NCBI GenBank assembly: GCA_012862495.1
Contig: BLSG01000391.1
Location: forward strand, 417,760-446,001
From: Thraustochytrium aureum
Taxonomy: Eukaryota
Length of the DNA: 28,242 bases
Direction: 5' to 3'
Part shown: positions 19,843 through 28,242 of the stretch, piece after piece
How positions within the stretch are numbered: position 1 is the first letter of the stretch
How the letters are laid out: every line of letters begins with the position of its first letter
Program-made: the position numbers and the translations under genes
Notes under the pieces: generated by a model
What the model saw: the letters and a program-made list of their open reading frames with translations, nothing else
What the model was told of the DNA's origin: nothing
The model's database searches: none

Positions 19843-21321
19843 CGCGCCCTGCTGCGCGACGGCAAGGACGGCCGGTGGCCGCCTCCCGCGCTCGTGCCGA
19901 TGCTCGCGCCGATGCTCGCGACGNNNNNNNNNNNNNNNNNNNNNNNNNNNNNNNNNNNNNNNNNNNNNNNNNNNNNNNNNNNNNNNNNNNNNNNNNNNNN
20001 NNNNNNNNNNNNNNNNNNNNNNNNNNNNNNNNNNNNNNNNNNNNNNNNNNNNNNNNNNNNNNNNNNNNNNNNNNNNNNNNNNNNNNNNNNNNNNNNNNNN
20101 NNNNNNNNNNNNNNNNNNNNNNNNNNNNNNNNNNNNNNNNNNNNNNNNNNNNNNNNNNNNNNNNNNNNNNNNNNNNNNNNNNNNNNNNNNNNNNNNNNNN
20201 NNNNNNNNNNNNNNNNNNNNNNNNNNNNNNNNNNNNNNNNNNNNNNNNNNNNNNNNNNNNNNNNNNNNNNNNNNNNNNNNNNNNNNNNNNNNNNNNNNNN
20301 NNNNNNNNNNNNNNNNNNNNNNNNNNNNNNNNNNNNNNNNNNNNNNNNNNNNNNNNNNNNNNNNNNNNNNNNNNNNNNNNNNNNNNNNNNNNNNNNNNNN
20401 NNNNNNNNNNNNNNNNNNNNNNNNNNNNNNNNNNNNNNNNNNNNNNNNNNNNNNNNNNNNNNNNNNNNNNNNNNNNNNNNNNNNNNNNNNNNNNNNNNNN
20501 NNNNNNNNNNNNNNNNNNNNNNNNNNNNNNNNNNNNNNNNNNNNNNNNNNNNNNNNNNNNNNNNNNNNNNNNNNNNNNNNNNNNNNNNNNNNNNNNNNNN
20601 NNNNNNNNNNNNNNNNNNNNNNNNNNNNNNNNNNNNNNNNNNNNNNNNNNNNNNNNNNNNNNNNNNNNNNNNNNNNNNNNNNNNNNNNNNNNNNNNNNNN
20701 NNNNNNNNNNNNNNNNNNNNNNNNNNNNNNNNNNNNNNNNNNNNNNNNNNNNNNNNNNNNNNNNNNNNNNNNNNNNNNNNNNNNNNNNNNNNNNNNNNNN
20801 NNNNNNNNNNNNNNNNNNNNNNNNNNNNNNNNNNNNNNNNNNNNNNNNNNNNNNNNNNNNNNNNNNNNNNNNNNNNNNNNNNNNNNNNNNNNNNNNNNNN
20901 NNNNNNNNNNNNCGTCGTCCGTACTCGTGTTGCAGCGCCTCGACGACGCGCGCGCGAGACAGTGCAACCCGCTCCCGCAGGTGTGCTGTCCTTTCGAGCC
21001 GAGAGTAGAAAGAGCAGGGCAAGTTTGTTGATGTAAGGACAGTTTACAACATACATACACGCTTCTAATGTGGCCGCGTGGCAGCTTGACCACGGCGCAG
21101 GGCGAGTGAGCGCGCAGCACCCGGCGAGGGAGGCCAAGTAGCAAAAGGAGGCTCGGCAGCTGAAAGCGGCCGGGCTCGCTGGCCAGAGCAGCGTCTCTCT
21201 CTAGTAGAGAGAGAGAGAGAGCTAGAGCTAGCTGATTCCCCTGACTCGAGCCTGAGCGACATCAGGGCGGATAGGCAACGAAACGTAGCCATACGTCGAG
21301 CAGCAGCTGGTTGCGCCGTTT

Positions 21322-22439
21322 CTACACGGTCGTCAGCTTGGGCGCAACCCCGCCCAGGTCCACCAAGTCGCCGTCGTCCGAGTCGTCCCCTCCTCCAACG
21401 AGGGGCGCCGTGTCCTCCTCGGCGCTGACGATAGTGAGGTAGCCGCCGTCCGCCTCGGCGCTCTGGATCGGGCTCCCCAGGTCCGGGTCGAGCAGCGCGT
21501 CGTCCGCCTCTTCGTAAAAGGTGGCAGAGAGCTCGGACGCGGCCGGCTCGCGGCCGTCCTCCGGGTCCGGCTCTGTGGCGAGGAGGCCGATGCCGACGGC
21601 GGTGAGCAGGATCCCTAACGGGACGAACACCTGGCTGTAAAGTCCCAGCGCTGCATCTCCTCAAAGTAGATGCCCGCATACGTGGAGCCCACGACGATGA
21701 GGATGGCGTTGACGACGGGGACGACAAAGGTCGCGGCGTAGCGGTCGAGGCACTTGTTCAGAAACACGACCTGCAGCAACGCGAGAAAGATTGTGATCAG
21801 GATGCACACATACGTGTATGGGTTCTCCCACGCCCCGTTGCGGATCGCTTCTGACATGCTCTTGGCGAAAACCTGGGTCGACGACCCGATCAGGCCGGTG
21901 AAGATCGTGATGCCCAAGCGCTGCTTTGAGTGCTTGGCGTGCTTGTGAAGCACGGTCATAGAGACGACCATCCCCCCCACCAGCACGAACGAGGCGATCA
22001 AGAATGCCGGCGCCGCAAGGTTGGCGATGAGCTCCGGCACGCTGAACGTGCGCGAGACGTGGTTGCCGCACACGAGCGTGACCATGACGCCAAGGATAAT
22101 GACGAGATTGCAAACTATGGCGCGCAGCGAGCTGGCCTCGTTGTTGATGTACCGCGCAAGCGGAAGGTTGAGCACGATGTGCAGCCCGCCAAATGGGATC
22201 GAGATGGAGGCGTCCACGAACGCGAACGAGGCGAGGTTGAGAGCGGTGTTGAGAACGATCAGCAAAAAGTTGCCAACGATCAGCGCTGGCCGCAAGTGCA
22301 CAGGCACAGGTGCGTCCCCTGCAGCCTCCTTTTGCTGGTGCTTGTTAAAGCTGTACTTGATCAAATTGTCGCCCAGCGCCGCGCAGACCGACGCTCCGAT
22401 CGCCATGATCACGCCGATGACCCAATCCGCATAGACCAT
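21322..22439 (-). CDS. NIPA-family (DMT) magnesium transporter-like protein; apparent 1-nt frameshift at 21639-21646
   Basis: WVIGVIMAIGASVCAALGDNLIKYS, LNLASFAFVDASISIPFGGLHIVLN, TQVFAKS, LQVVFLNKCLDRYAATFVVPV and GIYFEE are NIPA hallmarks. The last TM segment (VFVPLGILLTAVGIGLL) and an acidic tail lie in the adjacent frame. Confidence 0.88.
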
Positions 22440-24236
22440 CCTGGCCTCCCTCCGCCGCGTCCGCGCCGCCTTGCGCGCCTGGACGCCACTGCACCCACCG
22501 GCCAGCAAGTAGAAGCGCACGGCCACCCAAAACCAACCCGCGGTGGGCGCAGACCGCGAATCACCAAGCTGCAAAGCCCGAACCGGCAAGCCCGGCCGCG
22601 CAAGCAGGGGGCCGGCGACGAACTCCTCAGCGCCGCCGCAAGCAAGCCGCAGCGCCCGCGCCGTGCCCCGCAGCCGCGCCACCGACACAAACCTCCGCGT
22701 CGTTGGGTGTCTGCGGGAACATCGTACAAACCTCGTCACAATACCCCCCTTGGACACGGGCACACCGTGCACAAAGCCGCCCATCACGGCAAATGCGCGG
22801 TGAAAATAGGCATGTTTATCATGCCCAGAATAGGCCTGGAATGGACGTGGACTCACGCGAAGACCCCATTGTGGACGCCAGTGTGCTCCTCGAGCGCTCG
22901 CGCGAACAGGACTCGCGCGACCGGCGAATACCGCGTGGGAATGGCGAGGTTTTGTGCTGTTTTCGGCCGCCGAGTGCACCCGAAGTGCTGCGCAGGTGAG
23001 AAGACCAACGAACGAGACAGACGCGGACGCGAGCGAATCAAAAAAAGGGGCATTGCTCTACTTACTCGACAACCTACAGTACCCTACTCCTCTACTTGCT
23101 CCTACCAAGCATCGCCGACCGGGTAGCGGCCGGGGACGCGGGCCCCGACAGGTTCTCCAGGCTCTCGGCGGCGGCCAGAGCCTGTGAGATCGTGGCGGCT
23201 TGGCGTTTGCAAGCAAAAGTGCTCGAGAAAGTACCGGTAGAGTACCNNNNNNNNNNNNNNNNNNNNNNNNNNNNNNNNNNNNNNNNNNNNNNNNNNNNNN
23301 NNNNNNNNNNNNNNNNNNNNNNNNNNNNNNNNNNNNNNNNNNNNNNNNNNNNNNNNNNNNNNNNNNNNNNNNNNNNNNNNNNNNNNNNNNNNNNNNNNNN
23401 NNNNNNNNNNNNNNNNNNNNNNNNNNNNNNNNNNNNNNNNNNNNNNNNNNNNNNNNNNNNNNNNNNNNNNNNNNNNNNNNNNNNNNNNNNNNNNNNNNNC
23501 CCTACTCCCAGTAGAGTTGTACTTGCACTGCGGTGGCCGCGGCCCGCGCGTCGCTTGTGAAGATTCGTCTGATTCGAGGTCGCTGACGAACAGGGCGAGC
23601 AGCGGCGCGGCTGCCGGCGAGCTCGTTGATCGCGAGCAAGCCGAGCGCCGCAAAAAAAACTTGGTCGGCTCGGGTCAATCTCGTCACGCCGGCCAATCGC
23701 CAGCCGTTCGCCCGTGCGTGAACGATGAAGCTCACATCGGCGCGCCAGAAGCAGATCATTACCGGTACAGCGGTCTCTTGCCGAACGACCCTGCTTGCCA
23801 GGCCGCGCCGTGGTTACTACGAGTACTTTGCGCGCGGAGAATGGAGACGGGCTTTGTGCTCGCGTTGCGGTCTGGCACTCGGCATGATGCAAAGCCCCGG
23901 ACCACTTTCGCGGCCGAGCCGGCCATCGGGTAATCCACGAGCACGAGTTCGCACTGTACCCCGTTTGCACGGTGGCTGGCTGAGAGTCTCGAGCGGGGCG
24001 CACCCTTGTACACTCCACCGACCACATCACATGCGACAGCAGACACCGAACGAAGCAAGACGCCTGCGCAGACGTCGCGGCAGCATCGGGCTCTGGCGGC
24101 GCTGCGACTGCGTGCGGTCGATCGATCAACGAGCGCGAAGACCGGAGAGCGGCTGTCGGCGAAACGCGACCTCGACACGAGACGACTTCTGCGGTTTGTC
24201 TTTGAAAGGCCAGCTTCTGGAGCGCGAGAGCGAGCA

Positions 24237-25391
24237 ATGGCAGGCGGATGCTGCAACGGGGCCGCTGAGGACGCTTGCGGGACGGTCGCCGCAGAGGTCG
24301 ATGTCAACACGGCCGCCCCAGGCGACGCCGCGACGGTAGACCAGGTCAAGGAGTACTACGGCAAAGTCCTGCAAAAGTCCGACGACCTCAAGACGAACGC
24401 GTGCTGCACGGGCGAGGCGCCGCCAAAGTTCCTGCGCGAGGCGCTCGCCAACGTGCACGACGAAGTGCTTGCAAAGTACTATGGTTGCGGCCTGGTCATG
24501 CCCGAGGAGCTCAAGGGCAAGCGCATCCTCGACCTCGGCAGCGGGTCCGGGCGCGACGTCTACGTGCTTGCGCAGTTTGTGGGCGAAGAGGGCTTCGTCA
24601 TGGGCGTCGACATGACCGACGAGCAGCTCGACGTGGCCAAGAGGCACACGGAATGGCACCGGGAAAAATTCGGCTACAAGAAGGGCAACGTCGAGTTCCG
24701 CAAAGGCTACATCGAAAAGCTGCAGGAGCTCGACTTGCCGGACAATAGCTTCGACCTCGTCGTCTCCAACTGCGTCATTAACCTGAGCCCGGACAAGGAG
24801 GCCGTTCTCCGAGAGGTGTTTCGCATCCTCAAGCCCGGCGGCGAGCTGTACTTTAGCGACGTTTACGCGGACCGCCGCGTCCCGCGCGTGCTGCGCGAGG
24901 ACCCCGTGCTGTGGGGCGAGTGCCTCAGCGGCGCTTTGTACTGGAACGACTTTGTCCGCCTGTCGCAAAAGTGCGGGTTCACTGACCCACGCCTTGTCAA
25001 GGACTCGCCGATCACGATCCAGAACAAGGCGGTCGAGGCCAAGATCGGGCACTTTGCCTTTTACAGCGCGACCTACCGGCTGTTCAAGCTGGCCAGCCTC
25101 GAGCCGGATTGCGAAGACTATGGCCAGGCCGTGGTGTACAAGGGCACCATCGAGCACTGCCCGAACGAGTGGGCGCTTGACGGCCACCACTCGATGCGCA
25201 CCGGCGAGGTCTTCAAGGTCTGCGGGAACACTTGGCGGATGCTCAAGGAGACGCGCTTTGCCGCCCACTTTGATTTCATCGGCGACTTTTCGCGTCACTT
25301 TGGCATCTTCGAGGGCTGCGGGCGGCCCGTCCCTTTCGCCTCGGCGTCAAAGTCGGGTGGCGTCGCTGCTTCCAGCGGCTCGTGCTGCTAG
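24237..25391 (+). CDS. AS3MT: Arsenite S-adenosylmethionine methyltransferase (ArsM/AS3MT), 384 aa, intronless
   Basis: VKEYYGKVLQKSDDLKTNACC, YYGCG, SAM motif ILDLGSGSGRD, GVDMTDEQL, VSNCVINL, LKPGGELYFSDVY and WGECLSGALY. All four conserved Cys positions are present. ATG at 24237. Confidence 0.97.
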   Translation: MAGGCCNGAAEDACGTVAAEVDVNTAAPGDAATVDQVKEYYGKVLQKSDDLKTNACCTGEAPPKFLREALANVHDEVLAKYYGCGLVMPEELKGKRILDLGSGSGRDVYVLAQFVGEEGFVMGVDMTDEQLDVAKRHTEWHREKFGYKKGNVEFRKGYIEKLQELDLPDNSFDLVVSNCVINLSPDKEAVLREVFRILKPGGELYFSDVYADRRVPRVLREDPVLWGECLSGALYWNDFVRLSQKCGFTDPRLVKDSPITIQNKAVEAKIGHFAFYSATYRLFKLASLEPDCEDYGQAVVYKGTIEHCPNEWALDGHHSMRTGEVFKVCGNTWRMLKETRFAAHFDFIGDFSRHFGIFEGCGRPVPFASASKSGGVAASSGSCC

Positions 25392-25585
25392 TGTGGTATA
25401 GCGAGCGACCAGACTCGGTCGATGTGTCGCGCCTCGAGGAGCGGGTCGAGAACTGTTGTAGGATACATTGGTCCGCAGGGCCTGCATCTTCGAGCCGGCG
25501 GCACAGGCACGCGCCAAGCATTGCGCGAGGCATTGGCACTCGTGTTTAGCGAGCAAATACACACGCCAATTCTCCTTTTTTCCTT

Positions 25586-25644
25586 GATCAATCAACCTTT
25601 GGATCAATCAATCTTTTGATCGATCAATCTTTTGATCAATCAAT
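25586..25644 (+). repeat. 16-bp minisatellite GATCAATCAATCTTTT, at least 3.7 copies, running into a gap
   Basis: Units at 25586, 25602, 25618 and 25634 with 0-2 mismatches. Gap begins at 25645. Confidence 0.9.
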
Positions 25645-25919
25645 NNNNNNNNNNNNNNNNNNNNNNNNNNNNNNNNNNNNNNNNNNNNNNNNNNNNNNNN
25701 NNNNNNNNNNNNNNNNNNNNNNNNNNNNNNNNNNNNNNNNNNNNNNNNNNNNNNNNNNNNNNNNNNNNNNNNNNNNNNNNNNNNNNNNNNNNNNNNNNNN
25801 NNNNNNNNNNNNNNNNNNNNNNNNNNNNNNNNNNNNNNNNNNNNNNNNNNNNNNNNNNNNNNNNNNNNNAAAAATACACCCCAGATGCTACGCCTTGCAC
25901 TCTTCCTCGTCGGGCTCGT

Positions 25920-27605
25920 CTAGGGTCGCGCCAGTGCGTATTGAACCCTTGCTTTTGCCGTCGGCCGACTCCCAGCGGGCGGCTTGGACCGGTTCAGGGT
26001 GAACGCCCGGTCCAGGCCGCCCTCGCTCAAACAGGCCTCCGCCTGACTTCCAGCCTCGGTCAAGTGCGATTGCACCTTGGTCGACGCCGCAACCTGCTCG
26101 CGCAGCAGCTTGTCCCGCGTTGCGAGCGCCTGCTCGAGGTGCTCGCACCTGAGCCGGAGCTCTTGCTCGCCTTCCACGCGGGCGAGCTGCTCCGTGCGCA
26201 AGCGCTCTGCCAGTACGTCGGCGCGAACTTGCGCTTGCAAGCACTCCTCCTGCCAGTGTGCGGCCTCGGTGTCATCGACCGCGCAGGGCGACGTTGCCAG
26301 CTGCAGGTTGAGGCTCTTGGCTTCTTCGAGCTGCCCTTGGAGATCTTTGACTTGGCTCGAAAGCTCGTCGAAACGCGAGGCCCACTGCCTGTCCTCGGCG
26401 GCGTACGCGTCAAGCGTCTCTCGCGCGGATCGCTGCGAGTCTGCGAGCTGCTCGCGCACTTGCTCCAGCTCCGCTTCCGCGGCGCGGCCCCTCCCTTCCC
26501 ACTCGCGGCTCGCGCCGCGTTCGGACTGCAGTTCGCACAGCACCTTGTTGGTGCGACGGACTTCGGCCTCGAGGCGCGCGAGCTTGGTCTGGTAGTGCGA
26601 CACGCTGAACGAAGCCTCCTCGAGGCAGGCTTGGCCTTGGGCAACCCTTCGCTCGCGGTCCGCGAGCTGGTCCTCTAGCATGCGGATGCGACAGCCTTGC
26701 AGGAAGGCGGAGAGAGACCCGGATCCCCGCCCGGCCAGCATACCCTCGTCGCTGCGCGCCTCTACTTGCGCTGGCTTGGAGCCGTCAAGCCGCGCCCGAA
26801 GCTGCTCCAGCTGAACATCGCGGGCCTTGATTTCCTCGTCCTTCATGGCATTGTTGAACGCGCTCATCATGGCGCGCTGGCGGGCCTTGTCGCGTTCCAG
26901 CGTGAGGCGCTCGTTCACGTCGGCGAGATCTGCAAGTCTTTGGTCGGCGGCCTTGCGCTCCATGGCAAGCCGAGCCTCCAGCGCGGTTGCACGATTTGTC
27001 GAGGCCTCCTCCGCAAAGGCAACGTCCTCGCTGAGCGCGAGGCGCAAGAGCTCGTTTTCGGCGCGCTCGTCGCGGAGGGCGTTGAGCAGCTTGGCCTCGG
27101 CTTCTTTGTAGGCCTGTTTTTGTTGCTTGAGACAGTCGTACAGCTCTCGTCTGTCGAGCGGGTAGCCCTCTGCTTGCAACCGCAGTGAGACGAAAGTGGA
27201 CTCCTCTGCCTCCTCCGCGCTGAGGATTTGCCGCTCGAGGGTCTCCTTTGCTTCTTGGAGCTCGAGCATGGCGAGGTTGCGCTCTTTCAGCAGGTCGCGG
27301 AGGACTGCCGCGTCGCGCTCCACGCGGGCAGCCTTGCCCACTGCGGCCTCCAGCTGCCGCGCAAGGTCGCTCTTTTCGCTCAGCAGACGGTCGACAAGCT
27401 CTTTAACGGCGGCGGCCTGCGCGGGCATCACGCCCTGTTGCCTCCTGAGCTCTCCGCTCAGTACGTCCTGGCCATCTCGTGCCGGCATCGTCTCCCTGGG
27501 CGTCCTCTTCGGCGCCTCGACGACCTCGAACGTCGTGCTGCCCATGCCCGTGGCGCTCGCAATATCGCTCACCAGCCTCATCAGCGCGTGTGCATCGTGG
27601 TCCAT
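25920..27605 (-). CDS. Long coiled-coil protein of unknown function
   Basis: Uninterrupted frame of about 560 codons from the ATG at 27605, rich in E/L/A/R/Q with heptad character (e.g. LLSEKSDLARQLEAAVGKAARVERDAAVLRDLLKERNLAMLELQEAKETLERQI). Confidence 0.75.
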   Translation of the reverse strand: MDHDAHALMRLVSDIASATGMGSTTFEVVEAPKRTPRETMPARDGQDVLSGELRRQQGVMPAQAAAVKELVDRLLSEKSDLARQLEAAVGKAARVERDAAVLRDLLKERNLAMLELQEAKETLERQILSAEEAEESTFVSLRLQAEGYPLDRRELYDCLKQQKQAYKEAEAKLLNALRDERAENELLRLALSEDVAFAEEASTNRATALEARLAMERKAADQRLADLADVNERLTLERDKARQRAMMSAFNNAMKDEEIKARDVQLEQLRARLDGSKPAQVEARSDEGMLAGRGSGSLSAFLQGCRIRMLEDQLADRERRVAQGQACLEEASFSVSHYQTKLARLEAEVRRTNKVLCELQSERGASREWEGRGRAAEAELEQVREQLADSQRSARETLDAYAAEDRQWASRFDELSSQVKDLQGQLEEAKSLNLQLATSPCAVDDTEAAHWQEECLQAQVRADVLAERLRTEQLARVEGEQELRLRCEHLEQALATRDKLLREQVAASTKVQSHLTEAGSQAEACLSEGGLDRAFTLNRSKPPAGSRPTAKARVQYALARP

Positions 27606-27907
27606 CCTTCGCGGCTTGCGCCCATCAACGCTCGGGCCAGCCCGACAAGCGCCACAGGCGCTCTGATGATGCCCAGTCTGCGAGAGCTCCTTGCTCACCG
27701 CAAGCACGGATTAGAGTAGCCCAGCCCGAGAAGCGCCACAGACGCCCAAAGGATGCCCAGTCCGCCACGTGCGCGCGAGCAAAACCGCGCTGCTGTTTAT
27801 CGTTGTGCCGCTGTTTCGCTGCTGATTGCTGATGCTGCTCCTGCTGCTGCACAATGCGTCCTGCAATGCGTCCTGCTGCTGTCGCGCATTCTCGCACGCC
27901 AACGGCT

Positions 27908-28242
27908 CTAAGGGACATGCCCGAATGCCCAACTTGCACGAGTCATCTCATCATCCGCCGAAAACGAGGACAGCCGGGTATCCTTGCGCAGACCCCGCGC
28001 GCTGAAGACGCCGATCTGGCCCGCAGCCGAGAGGATGTTGCTGACGCTGAGCTTGCCGGATGATGGCTCGCAACGCGGCGCGAAGCGTGTCTTGACGACC
28101 GCCAGGAGTGCCCGCCAGATCGCGAGCGTTGACGAAGCAAACGGAGAGAGGCCGGCGATGTTTGCAGGCCCCAGCGGACGGTCGCATTGATCGTGAAGGG
28201 CAGGGAGGCCTTGCCAGAGTGCGACACGATTGCTGCCGCCCT
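27908..28242 (-). CDS. Probable 3' end of a gene continuing beyond the window (hypothetical protein)
   Basis: Open minus frame 28240-27908 ...ANIAGLSPFASSTLAIWRALLAVVKTRF...KLSVSNILSAAGQIGVFSARGLRKD...AFGHVP* with GC-ending codons. No recognised motif. Confidence 0.4.
   Translation of the reverse strand, partial: GGSNRVALWQGLPALHDQCDRPLGPANIAGLSPFASSTLAIWRALLAVVKTRFAPRCEPSSGKLSVSNILSAAGQIGVFSARGLRKDTRLSSFSADDEMTRASWAFGHVP

Noticed and set aside
21195..21222. Hairpin CTCTCTCTA-G-TAGAGAGAG as a terminator
   Set aside because: A trivial consequence of adjacent (CT)n and (AG)n microsatellites; bacterial-type terminators are not expected here.
24006..24236. 77-aa N-terminal extension of the arsenite methyltransferase from a TTG start
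   Set aside because: Non-ATG start in a eukaryote and UTR-like composition; the ATG at 24237 is in good context (GCAATGG).
24126..25298. 390-aa antisense ORF over the arsenite methyltransferase (and similar shadow ORFs over COPS6, NIPA, MAT1 and the coiled-coil gene)
   Set aside because: Expected shadow frames of GC3-rich coding sequence; no independent motifs.
21322..25391. NIPA transporter plus arsenite methyltransferase as a metal(loid)-resistance cluster
   Set aside because: NIPA proteins are Mg transporters with no established arsenic role; no ACR3, arsenate reductase or regulator is nearby.
420..25869. Long ORFs spanning N runs (e.g. 9892-11157, 19289-21022, 3567-5483)
   Set aside because: Their length is an artefact of translating N as X; flanking residues are non-coding or antisense to real genes.

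Overview
GC-rich eukaryotic (protist-like) draft genomic scaffold with many N gaps and short GT-AG introns carrying GCTGAC branch points. A stramenopile such as a thraustochytrid is plausible but is only inference. Genes in order: O-fucosyltransferase-family gene (+, 5'-partial); a short decayed fragment resembling protist TPR/'kinesin light chain-like' proteins (-); a small Cys-rich secreted, probably GPI-anchored protein (+); a protein with a C-terminal J domain (-); an unknown protein 3' end (+); an SLC35F5/THI74-like DMT transporter (-); dihydropteridine reductase QDPR (+); a long gene-poor, microsatellite-rich stretch; a three-repeat MYB transcription factor (+); COP9 signalosome subunit 6 (-); CAK assembly factor MAT1 (-); a NIPA-family Mg transporter (-); an intronless arsenite methyltransferase (+); a long coiled-coil protein (-); and the 3' end of a further gene (-). 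At least three otherwise intact genes change frame at short homopolymers, most likely from sequencing error. No CRISPR array, rRNA, tRNA or recognisable mobile element was seen, and no convincing novel multi-gene system. The best leads are the J-protein's bacterial-type N-terminal domain, the Cys-flanked arsenite methyltransferase, the atypical MYB repeat order, and recurrent intergenic TACTCGAGTA-like palindromes.
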